Virus record (IMG/VR): IMGVR_UViG_3300045988_034541
Location: 32,511 to 96,510 of that record
Length of the DNA: 64,000 bases
Source of the DNA: a virus
Strand: one strand, 5' to 3'
The stretch's first letter is position 1. Every line of letters begins with the position of its first letter. The translations under genes were made by a program, and so were the position numbers. This document shows positions 47,971 through 57,662 of the stretch, piece after piece. The notes beneath the pieces were generated by a model, which saw only the letters and a list, made by a program, of their open reading frames with translations, was not told the DNA's origin and made no database searches.

Positions 47971-49983
47971 ATGGAATTTGTCAAGTTTAAAAGAGCAGTC
48001 CATGCGCAGTTTAATCAACTAGCTGCTGGTGCAGACATGCTCTTTCTGACTAATGTAGACAAGGACGCATTATGGGATTGTTACCTTAATTCCTTTCCGG
48101 AGGAAGAGAGACAATCTCATAATTGCAACAATTGTAAACATTATATCAGACATTATGGTAGAGTTGTCGCCATTAAAGACAATAAAGTAGTAACCATGTG
48201 GGAGAACCTACAGTTGGATGAACCTTATGCTACTGTAGCTAGAAATCTCGATGCATTAGTGAAATCAAAACCAGTTGTAGATGTTTTTATCACTCGTGAT
48301 TATGAACTAGGAATTGATAGAAACAATGCCTATATTGACAGTTTGCAAGGTCCTAAAGTAATTACCTGGAATCATCTTTACTATCATATGCCAAATCAAT
48401 TGGTGTATACAGGAACTGAATCCGTATCTGCTGTAATGGGGACTTTACGCACAACTAAGGAAGTGTTCAAACGTGCACTGGAGGAATTAACTATCGATTC
48501 TATAGAAACAGTTCTGGACTTAATAGGTCAGAATGCTTTATATAGAGGAGAACAGTTTAAAAATGACTTAAGTGTATTCCTGGGTCATAAAAGATACTAT
48601 GATTCATTACCTGATGAAGAGAAAGACAACTGGTGTTGGGCAAACTTCAATCGTGTAGGATGTGCACGCATTCGTAATACGGCAATTGGTACATTGTTGG
48701 TAAATATATCATCAGGACTTGAATTGGACGATTGTGTGACTGCATACGAACGTATAATGGCTCCAGAGAACTATCAAAGACCTAAGTCAATTGTTACTAA
48801 AAGAATGATTGAGGAAGCACAGAAGAAAGTGCAGGAACTAGGTCTTATGGATTCTCTACCTCGTAGACATGCTGCCTTAGAGGATATAACAGTCAACAAT
48901 GTTATATTCGCTAACCGTGATGCCAAGAAGGTAATGGCTGGAAACATATTCGAAGAACTGGCCGCAGACACTAAAGTTAATCCTAAGAAGTTTGACAAGT
49001 TAACTGAAATTAGCATTGATGATTTCATTGCTAATGTGGTACCCACTGCCACTAACATAGAAGTGTTAATGGAGAGTAGGCTGTCTAATAACTTAGTAAC
49101 TCTTACAGCTCCTGTTAATAAGGATGCTAAGAATCTATTTAAATGGCCAAACAACTTTGCTTGGACATATAATGGAGGAGTAGCTGATTCTATTAAAGAG
49201 AAAGTAAGAGCTGCTGGTGGTCAGACTGAAGGCTTCTTAAGATGTTCATTAGCGTGGTCTAACTATGATGACTTGGATTTGCATGTCGTTGAACCTAATA
49301 ATCTTGAAATTTATTACTCCAACAGAATCGGCAGAAGTGGTGGTAAGCTAGACGTGGATGAAAATGCCGGATATGGCAAAACTCGCAAACCCGTTGAGAA
49401 CATTATATGGGTTAACGAACGCAAGATGCTTGAAGGTAAGTATGTTGTGTATGTTAATAACTTTCATTGTAGAGAATCTGTTGATACAGGATTTACATTG
49501 GAAATAGAACACAATGGAGAAGTCCGACAATTTGTCTATGACAAACCCGTTAAACATAAAGAGAATGTCATGGTTGCCGAGATTACTTACAGTAAATCTA
49601 AAGGTATCCAAATAAGAGAGCTAATACCCAGTACTAGCCATTCGTCAGTAAGCCTATGGAATATTGATACTAACAAGTTCCATAAGGTGAACGTGATGAT
49701 GCTGTCCCCCAATTATTGGGATGAGCAGGGTATTGGCAATAAACATTACTTCTTTATGTTGGATGATTGCAAGAATCCGGAGCCTGTTCGTGGATTCTTT
49801 AACGAATATCTTAACAGTGAGCTAACTCCTCACCGTAAGGTATTTGAGGTTCTAGCTGATAAGATGAAGACTCCTTACCAAGAACATCAATTGAGTGGAT
49901 TAGGGTTCTCATCTACTATGCGTAATTCCGTTATTGTTAAAGTGGACGGAACATTTAGTAGAACTTTAAAAGTCAATTTCTGA
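47971..49983 (+). CDS. large hypothetical protein (670 aa)
   Basis: Long ORF flanked by paralogs B and C; no motif recognised. Confidence 0.55.
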   Translation: MEFVKFKRAVHAQFNQLAAGADMLFLTNVDKDALWDCYLNSFPEEERQSHNCNNCKHYIRHYGRVVAIKDNKVVTMWENLQLDEPYATVARNLDALVKSKPVVDVFITRDYELGIDRNNAYIDSLQGPKVITWNHLYYHMPNQLVYTGTESVSAVMGTLRTTKEVFKRALEELTIDSIETVLDLIGQNALYRGEQFKNDLSVFLGHKRYYDSLPDEEKDNWCWANFNRVGCARIRNTAIGTLLVNISSGLELDDCVTAYERIMAPENYQRPKSIVTKRMIEEAQKKVQELGLMDSLPRRHAALEDITVNNVIFANRDAKKVMAGNIFEELAADTKVNPKKFDKLTEISIDDFIANVVPTATNIEVLMESRLSNNLVTLTAPVNKDAKNLFKWPNNFAWTYNGGVADSIKEKVRAAGGQTEGFLRCSLAWSNYDDLDLHVVEPNNLEIYYSNRIGRSGGKLDVDENAGYGKTRKPVENIIWVNERKMLEGKYVVYVNNFHCRESVDTGFTLEIEHNGEVRQFVYDKPVKHKENVMVAEITYSKSKGIQIRELIPSTSHSSVSLWNIDTNKFHKVNVMMLSPNYWDEQGIGNKHYFFMLDDCKNPEPVRGFFNEYLNSELTPHRKVFEVLADKMKTPYQEHQLSGLGFSSTMRNSVIVKVDGTFSRTLKVNF

Positions 49984-50921
49984 TGTTTAGATTTCTAAAA
50001 CGCAATGATTCTGAAGTTATAACTCCAGAAGTGGTTGACGTGCCGGTGATGACTATTCAGTCCAACATAGCTATGGCTCTTGCTTTATGTATGGAGGAAT
50101 ATCTACGTTCTGTTTCCAAGACATCAGTTGATATTCCTAATAGAGATACATTAGTAAGAGAATACAACACGTTGGTTGATGCTGGACTGGGTAGCTCAAA
50201 GAATGCTAGGTTATTGCAAGCTAAAATATCGGAATATAATCAGATAGCTCTGGATGCCATGCGCGCTAAGAACTTGTTTAGTTTCGTAAAGCGTGCAAGA
50301 GAGGTATTCGGAGAGAGTACTCTTCTAGTTGGTTCTAAACAATTTGATGATGTTTGTAAGAAGTATAAACTTGTCAAAGGTCTACTAAAACAGTACACTG
50401 GAGTGATTCCTGACCGTAATATTAGAGAAATCTTAGAAGTTAAGCGTAAACTTAATGGTGAAGGACCAATGTTCTCTGATTTAGGGTTGGAGTATGCTAA
50501 TGGGGCGTATTATTATGTTACAGGTATTAACTACGGATACAGTGACAGTGAAACTATGTTGAACAATCTGAAGAAATACATAGAATCACACAATCACATA
50601 GTTATTGGCCCTGATACAGAAGGCACACTCAGGCTGTCTAGTATAATTAACAAGAATCCCGGCCTTCCTGCTGATGTAAAGGCTTTTAGCTACCCTAACA
50701 TAGTTTCCTTTGATGCTGTTAAGATAGGTAGAAATGAGCTATTTGTAGCTTGCCCTCCTAGTCAATTAAACAATCCAGAGGTTACAATCACTAAGAAGGC
50801 AGTAGACCCTATTGTGTACCAGCCTTGTGCTTATGGTATTCTCATTCACAGTATGTGGGGAGAAGAATCAGAGGACAAAGTGTTTGAAGAATATAAACGT
50901 ATTAACAATTTAATGCTATAA
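49983..50921 (+). CDS. paralog family protein C (C-terminal ...IHSMWGEESEDKVFEEY)
   Basis: Shares blocks with 41621-42472 and 47100-47966. Confidence 0.5.
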   Translation: MFRFLKRNDSEVITPEVVDVPVMTIQSNIAMALALCMEEYLRSVSKTSVDIPNRDTLVREYNTLVDAGLGSSKNARLLQAKISEYNQIALDAMRAKNLFSFVKRAREVFGESTLLVGSKQFDDVCKKYKLVKGLLKQYTGVIPDRNIREILEVKRKLNGEGPMFSDLGLEYANGAYYYVTGINYGYSDSETMLNNLKKYIESHNHIVIGPDTEGTLRLSSIINKNPGLPADVKAFSYPNIVSFDAVKIGRNELFVACPPSQLNNPEVTITKKAVDPIVYQPCAYGILIHSMWGEESEDKVFEEYKRINNLML

Positions 50922-50923
50922 TT

Positions 50924-51298
50924 ATGTTTGAGAAAGCATCTAGAATGAAATTGCGTTTTAACACGCAACGTGGAGTTCTTTCTGTTGAAGACTTGTGGGA
51001 TTTACCCTTAATTCAACTTGACAATATTGCAATTGCTCTTAACAAGAAATTGCAAGAGTCTAAAACTGAAAGCTTCATCAAAACCCGGACTAAAGACACT
51101 ACCGAACTTGAACTGAAATTCAATATTGCAAAACACATTATTGATGTTAAGTTGCAAGAACAGGAAGACCGTCTACTTGAAAGTGAGAAGAAAGCTAAGC
51201 GTCAGAAGATTCTTGACCTTATGGCTAAGAAACAAGACGCTGAACTCGAAGGCAAATCTCTGGAAGAATTAGCTAAAGAACTTGAAGCACTTAATTGA
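50924..51298 (+). CDS. hypothetical coiled-coil protein
   Basis: 124-aa ORF. Confidence 0.45.
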   Translation: MFEKASRMKLRFNTQRGVLSVEDLWDLPLIQLDNIAIALNKKLQESKTESFIKTRTKDTTELELKFNIAKHIIDVKLQEQEDRLLESEKKAKRQKILDLMAKKQDAELEGKSLEELAKELEALN

Positions 51299-51561
51299 TT
51301 ATGAACTTTGAGAAAGAAATAAAGAAATGGCAGAAGGTGAACAGCTCTGAAACTAAAGCCCAGCTCTTTGAAGCAGTAGATTACATCTGCGCTGATGAGC
51401 CTAATGGATTAGTAGGAGTGACTGGTTTGCTATTTGATGCCGATAAACTCAAGAGGAGTATCAATGCTGCGCTTTCCATGAGAGCGGAAGCTAACGTGGT
51501 TACACGTAGATATGGTTTGCGTCAGCAGGTGCTATACTTGATGTACTATGGCGAAGAGTGA
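51295..51561 (+). CDS. hypothetical protein
   Basis: 88-aa ORF; 4-bp overlap with the upstream gene. Confidence 0.4.
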   Translation: MIMNFEKEIKKWQKVNSSETKAQLFEAVDYICADEPNGLVGVTGLLFDADKLKRSINAALSMRAEANVVTRRYGLRQQVLYLMYYGEE

Positions 51562-51708
51562 CTATAAGTGCTCTTGCGCTGGAAGAGGCTAAACTTTAAA
51601 GGAAGCATGTAAGTAATACTGTGAGTTATGCTGACAGACCGTCCACGTGAAAAGCCCAGTACGTGATACTGGCAAGGGCGGCCGTTAAATCGGAATTGCT
51701 TCCTGTAT

Positions 51709-51780
51709 GGTCCCATAGTTCAATGGATAGAACGCTGGTCTACGGAACCTGAAATGGCAGTTCGACTCTGCCTGGGACTA
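51709..51780 (+). tRNA. tRNA-Arg(ACG)
   Basis: Acceptor ggtccca/tgggact, D-stem gttc/gaac, anticodon loop ctACGga, T-arm ggcag-ttcgact-ctgcc. Confidence 0.8.
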
Positions 51781-51800
51781 CTAACTTAATAAGGAAAGAG

Positions 51801-52403
51801 ATGACTAACTTAGAAATTATTAAAAGATTAAAGACTGCTAAAGACTTGTACGATAAAGATACAAAGCCAGGTAGTGATAAGAATGGTGGTATGTGCCACT
51901 ATATGAAGCAAGCATTCAACGGAGTGTTTAAAGAAGGAATACCTCCCTCTTATAATGAATTAGTGGCATTAATTCCGGAGTTTAACCCAGAGTTTCTAGG
52001 AGGTAATGTCAAACAAGAAGAAGTAGCTAGGCTGGTCTTTTGGTGGCCCGTAGATGAGAAGAAACACAGGCTTATAGCCTTCGATAAACTCATCCATTGG
52101 TACACAGAAAGAATCAATAAGCACACTATCTTACTAAAAGCTAAGAAGCTGTTTGAAGACCATTCAGAATACTGGGGAATGTGTTTCTGCATTGAACATG
52201 CTATGGCTGGCACAGAAAGAGGAATCAACATCTACGATGAACGTGATGTAGTTGCTATGTTTCCAGAGTTCAATAGAGAGTTCTTAGGCGCACCTAAAGA
52301 CAGGTATGGTAAGGCATTTTGGTGGACTCCCGATGACGAGAAGGGTCACAATGCTAGGATTGAAGCATTTGATAAACTGATTAAGTATTACGAAGGAAGA
52401 TGA
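51801..52403 (+). CDS. hypothetical protein with an internal tandem duplication
   Basis: Two repeats: ...PEFNPEFLGG...FWWPVDEKKHRLIAFDKLIHWY and PEFNREFLGAP...FWWTPDDEKGHNARIEAFDKLIKYY. Confidence 0.5.
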   Translation: MTNLEIIKRLKTAKDLYDKDTKPGSDKNGGMCHYMKQAFNGVFKEGIPPSYNELVALIPEFNPEFLGGNVKQEEVARLVFWWPVDEKKHRLIAFDKLIHWYTERINKHTILLKAKKLFEDHSEYWGMCFCIEHAMAGTERGINIYDERDVVAMFPEFNREFLGAPKDRYGKAFWWTPDDEKGHNARIEAFDKLIKYYEGR

Positions 52404-52765
52404 ACTGGATAAAAAGAATCATGAATAAGTTATTTATTGATAATGAGTCCTATGACATTGAAGAGGACAATATCACTATCTCACAAATCAAGCGTAAAAT
52501 TTACGTAAATGGTAAATTAATATCTGAAACGAATAAGGATAGTGTACATATCAGTTTTACTGGTAACGTAAAAGAGCTTAACTGCAACACATGTGATATT
52601 GACGGAGACGCATTTACTGTACATGGTAATAGTGTTAAAGTTAAAGGCAATGTGGGAGGTTCTATAGAAGCTAACAGTATTGAGGTTGGTGGTAATGTAC
52701 AAGGAGACATTGATGCTAACTCTGTTAAAGTAAAAGGCAGACACACTGGGAGTATTAACGTATAG
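52400..52765 (+). CDS. bactofilin-like (beta-helical repeat) protein
   Basis: Repeats G-N-V-x-G-x-I-x-A-N-S (VKGNVGGSIEANSIEVGGNVQGDIDANSVKVKG), as in the bactofilin/CcmA DUF583 domain. Confidence 0.5.
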   Translation: MNWIKRIMNKLFIDNESYDIEEDNITISQIKRKIYVNGKLISETNKDSVHISFTGNVKELNCNTCDIDGDAFTVHGNSVKVKGNVGGSIEANSIEVGGNVQGDIDANSVKVKGRHTGSINV

Positions 52766-52772
52766 CTTTCAA

Positions 52773-52846
52773 GGCTCAGTAGCTCAATAGTATAGAGCAT
52801 CTCCGTCCTAAGGAGAGGGTTGTGGGTTAGAGCCCCACCTGAGTCA
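52773..52846 (+). tRNA. tRNA-Arg(CCT)
   Basis: Acceptor ggctcag/ctgagtc, anticodon arm tctcc-gtCCTaa-ggaga, T-arm gtggg-ttagagc-cccac. Confidence 0.75.
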
Positions 52847-52866
52847 CAAACCAATTATTAGTTATT

Positions 52867-53190
52867 ATGAAGAATATCTTTAATTTTGGTAAATTGTTGG
52901 AAGGTGAATCTATGAATGCGGACGAGGCATATTCAGTTGCCACTTACAATGAAGTGGTGACACAAGAAACTCTAATTAAGAGGTTTCTAGATACTACTGA
53001 CCAACTTATTAAGGCTAAGAGTGAGAACAATTACTTTAGTCTTGTTATGGATTTGAATGATGATGTAGCTAAAGCCAAGGATGAAATCCTTAAATACTAC
53101 GAAGATAAACGATTCTTCGTTAAGGTTATTGATAAAGAAGGATATCCTGGCTTAGTTGGAGAATATCTATTCATATCCTGGAAGAAGTGA
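52867..53190 (+). CDS. hypothetical protein
   Basis: 107-aa ORF. Confidence 0.45.
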   Translation: MKNIFNFGKLLEGESMNADEAYSVATYNEVVTQETLIKRFLDTTDQLIKAKSENNYFSLVMDLNDDVAKAKDEILKYYEDKRFFVKVIDKEGYPGLVGEYLFISWKK

Positions 53191-53343
53191 ATTTCTTTAT
53201 TCTAACATAACCACAGGCATAATTGAGAGTGAAATGCCTGTTTAAGCAGTCCCCACTGCTGTAATGGTGATTTGATTACCATACATTATCTTAAGCCCTT
53301 GAGGGTTGGTGTGAATAGACTATTCACATGTTCTTAACATTAA

Positions 53344-53712
53344 TTGTTAACAACAATGACATTCGATGAACAAGACTCTCTTATAGAGTCATTGAACGCG
53401 GCTTATGATAAAGCCGGAACTATTACAGATGAAGACATCAAAGAACTGTTTGCCAAGAAGAATGCAATCGCTGATGAAGACGAGCAAACTTCTTATGAGT
53501 TCGATGAATTCTTTGCAGAAGTAGTGAGTAAATGGGCGCAAGACGGGCTGACTGATGAGAAAGCTCAATTACTGCTCAATCTTATTGATAGCGCTGACGG
53601 TAGTGTGGACGATTCTGAAGACGCAATGTTGGAAGAATTATCTATGGCTGAACTGACTGGCGTGGACATATCTGAAATATTAAAAGATAAGTTCCCAGAC
53701 TACTTTGAATAG
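53344..53712 (+). CDS. highly acidic protein (DNA-mimic/anti-restriction candidate)
   Basis: 122 aa, strongly D/E-rich throughout. Confidence 0.45.
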   Translation: MLTTMTFDEQDSLIESLNAAYDKAGTITDEDIKELFAKKNAIADEDEQTSYEFDEFFAEVVSKWAQDGLTDEKAQLLLNLIDSADGSVDDSEDAMLEELSMAELTGVDISEILKDKFPDYFE

Positions 53713-53986
53713 TTCTTATGTATGGTGATAGGTTATGGAATAGACATTCCAGCCAAAATATCACTAGGGGGGGGGGTGTAGGCTCCTCTTCGTTGCTTTT
53801 AGCAACACACCTAATGCCAGGCATTGGCATTATTGTTATCAGTTTATGGTAACGGACTTTAGGCTACGTTATATTTAATGTAGTGCTAATCGCGCAGAAC
53901 GATATTCGTACTGCCGTTTAGGGTCAAATTCAGATTAGTTATTAGATTATTCTTTACTTCTAATGAAGTAAGGTCTATTCTAGTGA

Positions 53987-54292
53987 TTGTCTGGGTTTGG
54001 CCCTTCTTTTTTAACTTTAGATATGCAGAAATTTAAGTACGAAGACAATGAATTAATACCCATTTTACAGGTAGGAGACCTTATCACTGTAAACGGCAGT
54101 CCGGTAGAAATCGTTGACAGTGGTTGCGCGTGCTTTGGCTGTTACTTTAAAGCCAGTGACTGTACTATGGAGTGTAGATGTCCACTTGACGAAGACTTGA
54201 TATTTCGAAAGGTGGAAAAGAAGATTAAACAAGATGAGAGGGTTGAGCAAACTAAAAGCATGGCTGAAGAGGAAGGGATTTACTTCTACTAA
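53987..54292 (+). CDS. hypothetical Cys-containing protein
   Basis: 101-aa ORF. Confidence 0.4.
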   Translation: MSGFGPSFLTLDMQKFKYEDNELIPILQVGDLITVNGSPVEIVDSGCACFGCYFKASDCTMECRCPLDEDLIFRKVEKKIKQDERVEQTKSMAEEEGIYFY

Positions 54293-54710
54293 TTATAAGG
54301 GAGATTCGGAGTACTACACATTGAACGGATTCTCTGCTACTGTGAGGTTAGCAGACCATGTAGGAAGAGAAGGAACTGAAACTGATAAATATATAAATAT
54401 CATTCCAGACGGAGTTGATAGATATGTATTTATTTATGACAGAATATCTACTTCTATGAGCCATAAGGAACTTATTAAGGCATTAGATGCTTTAATATAT
54501 CTGCATGGTAAAATTCCCAAGTATTTCGAGAATAGAGACCTTATTAAGAAGAGATACGAAGATGCTGTTTCCAGCGTCCAATCTCATTTAGCTAGAAGGA
54601 CGGTAGACCAACGAGCAGTGTTGGTTAAGGGTGTTAGTACCTTAGAACCCGTCATACTCGAGTTGCAGAAACTATGTTGTCAATTTAGAGTAGAGAAAGA
54701 GAAATTGTGA
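54234..54710 (+). CDS. hypothetical protein
   Basis: 158-aa ORF; the true start may be internal. Confidence 0.45.
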   Translation: MRGLSKLKAWLKRKGFTSTNYKGDSEYYTLNGFSATVRLADHVGREGTETDKYINIIPDGVDRYVFIYDRISTSMSHKELIKALDALIYLHGKIPKYFENRDLIKKRYEDAVSSVQSHLARRTVDQRAVLVKGVSTLEPVILELQKLCCQFRVEKEKL

Positions 54711-54919
54711 TTGTAATATTAATAGTGCTCGCACTGTATGGTGTGTCTTACTTACTAAACATTGTACTGAACTACATGCTTGCATACTACGACTTGGATG
54801 AAGAATACTTCTGGGAAGTCGTAGAGGAGGATGTAGGTTGGTGGATGACATGTCCAGTCATATCACCATTCTTATACTTATGGCTAATAGGTAAGGTATT
54901 AGAAGAACAATCAGATTAA
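54707..54919 (+). CDS. small membrane protein
   Basis: 70 aa with two hydrophobic segments. Confidence 0.35.
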   Translation: MIVILIVLALYGVSYLLNIVLNYMLAYYDLDEEYFWEVVEEDVGWWMTCPVISPFLYLWLIGKVLEEQSD

Positions 54920-54948
54920 ACTAATACTAACTTTACGGATAATCAAGT

Positions 54949-55221
54949 ATGATTATTGAAGAAGCTGACTTTAGAATGGAATCTGTAGGTGACAATTTAC
55001 ACTTCTGGGACCTATCTATACTAAAGACTATTAAATCTAAGGACGGAGAACGTCAGGAGTTTAAAGTAATTGGTTATGGACTTCCCATATCTGCATGTCT
55101 TCAAAGAATAGCGGATTATAGAATAGAGTGTAAGCACCCAGATGCCATGTCTCTGAAAGAATATATTCAAGATTACAAACAAGAAGTAACTAGATTAGAA
55201 GAGTTAACTAAAGGAATTTAA
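54949..55221 (+). CDS. hypothetical protein
   Basis: 90-aa ORF. Confidence 0.4.
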   Translation: MIIEEADFRMESVGDNLHFWDLSILKTIKSKDGERQEFKVIGYGLPISACLQRIADYRIECKHPDAMSLKEYIQDYKQEVTRLEELTKGI

Positions 55222-55224
55222 GCT

Positions 55225-55401
55225 ATGGCTTCACGTAAGAAAGGTACGGCACCTCATAAGCCGAAGAAGGTGTATGAATCTGTTAAGTTAATGAATTGTG
55301 CAAGGTGTGGTAGAGATACTACTCACACGCTGTTCGATTATGACAACAGGCTTTATAAATGTAATGTCTGTGGGGCAGTTTATACCAAACGTGGTAAATA
55401 A
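55225..55401 (+). CDS. small zinc-ribbon protein (58 aa, missing from the ORF track)
   Basis: MASRKKGTAPHKPKK...CARCG...CNVCG; CxxC...CxxC; it fills an otherwise empty gap. Confidence 0.4.
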   Translation: MASRKKGTAPHKPKKVYESVKLMNCARCGRDTTHTLFDYDNRLYKCNVCGAVYTKRGK

Positions 55402-55431
55402 CTAATATTTAACTCATTAAACTTATCAGTA

Positions 55432-55890
55432 ATGAAGAAGGAAACTATCAAAGAGACTCCAGAGGAGAGATTCAAAAGACTAAGAATCAAGGATTTGACC
55501 GATGATGCTTTCATGGTGGCAGAGCATTTAAGACAGCCGTCTGTAACACCACGTGACCCAAGTGTGTGGAGTAAAACTCCTAAAGAACGTAAGTTGTGGA
55601 AACGCTATAGACGATTCCCCGCTCCAAGTTATCAATGGCCGGCTCCTGCCAAATCTATTCCTATTCCTGGAACTCTGGTCGTGTATGTAAAGGGTGGTAA
55701 CTTTACTACTGGTAAAATGAATCCAAAGACCAACAAACCTATACCAAAGAACACATTTAGCCATAAATGTATTCAATCTGACATCCCTTTCTTATTAAGT
55801 AAATATAAGACAGAGAAGTCCCAGGTTACTAAATATTCTTGGAATGGCAAAACCTACGCCCCCGACTGTCTACCATTCTGGGGACGTTAA
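55432..55890 (+). CDS. hypothetical basic protein
   Basis: 152-aa ORF. Confidence 0.45.
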   Translation: MKKETIKETPEERFKRLRIKDLTDDAFMVAEHLRQPSVTPRDPSVWSKTPKERKLWKRYRRFPAPSYQWPAPAKSIPIPGTLVVYVKGGNFTTGKMNPKTNKPIPKNTFSHKCIQSDIPFLLSKYKTEKSQVTKYSWNGKTYAPDCLPFWGR

Positions 55891-56188
55891 ACTAACAGTA
55901 TATCCTTCCTTTCTATATGAAGTACAACTATACCTCATTAGGAAGGATAGGGTAGAATGTGTAGGTTCTAAGTTCTATACTACTGATAAGCCTATTAAGG
56001 TAAGGGAATCGCAGTTTATTAAAGTCGACGATGAGATTACATGTGCTAAGTATATTACTTGGCTAGCAGCTCCCCTAGATTATTTAATGAACAACAATTT
56101 TAAAGTGTTAGAACGTGAGAATGCTAGACAAAGACGGAAATCCAATACAGGAGAAGACAAGCGAAGGAGTTCAAACCGTAGGCGCTGA
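55844..56188 (+). CDS. hypothetical protein
   Basis: 114-aa ORF overlapping both neighbours; the start is uncertain. Confidence 0.35.
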   Translation: MAKPTPPTVYHSGDVKLTVYPSFLYEVQLYLIRKDRVECVGSKFYTTDKPIKVRESQFIKVDDEITCAKYITWLAAPLDYLMNNNFKVLERENARQRRKSNTGEDKRRSSNRRR

Positions 56189-56195
56189 ACCTACT

Positions 56196-56756
56196 ATGAA
56201 GTATACAGAGCAGGTGATTGATAAGTCTAGACGTGTTTGCCCACTATCAACTGTAATGGTTGAGATGTTGGTAAAACAGATGTCAGCCGAACTTGCCAAC
56301 CATGCTCTGTATATGACCTTTGCCAATTACTTTGAAGTAGAGGGTTTACCAAAGCTAGGTATTTACTGGAGAGGTCGTGCTAAGGAAGAATATTTGCATC
56401 ATTCTTGGATATTTGAATATCTAACCACTAACGATGCTCTGTTCCAATATCCGCCTGTTCCAGCCATTAATGTTGAAATCACTGATAGAGTCATGCCCTT
56501 TGCTGCCACAGTAGATAGGGAGATTGAGACTACTCGTGGTATTAATAAGATTGTAGACCAAGCTCAAAAAGAGAGTGATTGGGCTACATTCCAATGGTTG
56601 AATGGAGAGGATGAGGATGAAGGTATGTTAGTTAAAGAGCAAGTAGAAGAAGAATCTATTAGTCGTACTATTCTTGATATGGCTAAAGAACAGGCTACTT
56701 GGCTTCGTAAAGAGAATGCAATACTTGATTTCTATAATGGTCTAGGTCGCAAGTAA
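56196..56756 (+). CDS. hypothetical protein (track ORF 56115-56756, trimmed to the internal Met MKYTEQ)
   Basis: Avoids the overlap with the upstream gene. Confidence 0.45.
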   Translation: MKYTEQVIDKSRRVCPLSTVMVEMLVKQMSAELANHALYMTFANYFEVEGLPKLGIYWRGRAKEEYLHHSWIFEYLTTNDALFQYPPVPAINVEITDRVMPFAATVDREIETTRGINKIVDQAQKESDWATFQWLNGEDEDEGMLVKEQVEEESISRTILDMAKEQATWLRKENAILDFYNGLGRK

Positions 56757-56820
56757 TTGCCTATAATCAGATTAACTTATCTAAAGAGATTACATTTGGA
56801 AACATTTAATCTACAAGTTT

Positions 56821-57348
56821 ATGAAAGAAAGAGTTGAGTATAGAGTTGACAGTTTTGTTGATTTTACTGGCATGGAACGTAAGTTCGTAATGGTTGCATT
56901 GTCACAAGAAGTATGTGCTGAAATTGACCCAGATACAGAGAACTGGGATGAAGATGCACTCTTAAGTGATAAATGTCTGTCTATTGGCGTATCTGTATGT
57001 CAACCAGAAGATGAGTTTGATGAGAATATGGGAGTTCAAATAGCTCTTGGTAAAGCTCGTAAACTACATAATCATGCTCTGTACAGTACTGACCCCGGAT
57101 TGATTAACCGTGGTGTAGTTAATGCTCTTCTTGACCAGGAAGTAGCATTCTTCAAACAATGCCCTGGCAAGTATCTGAAAGGATATGATACAGCTAAGGC
57201 TATCTATGAAGAAGGACGTAAAATGGTTGAACTAGAAGCATCACTATCTGATGAAGAACGTACATGCTTGGATACCTTATTAACTTCTAAGAATGATAGA
57301 GTGGATGTTATCTATGATATCTATAACTACTATCAGTCTCAGAAATGA
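56821..57348 (+). CDS. hypothetical protein
   Basis: 175-aa ORF. Confidence 0.5.
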   Translation: MKERVEYRVDSFVDFTGMERKFVMVALSQEVCAEIDPDTENWDEDALLSDKCLSIGVSVCQPEDEFDENMGVQIALGKARKLHNHALYSTDPGLINRGVVNALLDQEVAFFKQCPGKYLKGYDTAKAIYEEGRKMVELEASLSDEERTCLDTLLTSKNDRVDVIYDIYNYYQSQK

Positions 57349-57662
57349 AATTTAAGGATGCTTTCGTTGGAGGTGTGATTGCTGCTGCTATATGCCTTGG
57401 TATAGCATGGGCTTGCAAGGATAGAAACACAGTAGTTATTCCTGACAACACTAAATATGAGCAAGCTATAGACTCGCTCAATAAGGAAGTAAGGAAGTTA
57501 GAAATTACTAACGACAGTCTAATTAGTGTCATTACCAATTCTAAAGGTAAGATAGACACTATTAATAATTGGTATGAAAAGGAGCTTATTGATATTACTA
57601 ATCAGTCTATTGCCGCTGATGCATCTTTCTTCGCAGAATATGTATCCCAAGCTGGTAGATGA
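57345..57662 (+). CDS. membrane-anchored protein
   Basis: 105 aa with an N-terminal TM segment. Confidence 0.4.
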   Translation: MKFKDAFVGGVIAAAICLGIAWACKDRNTVVIPDNTKYEQAIDSLNKEVRKLEITNDSLISVITNSKGKIDTINNWYEKELIDITNQSIAADASFFAEYVSQAGR

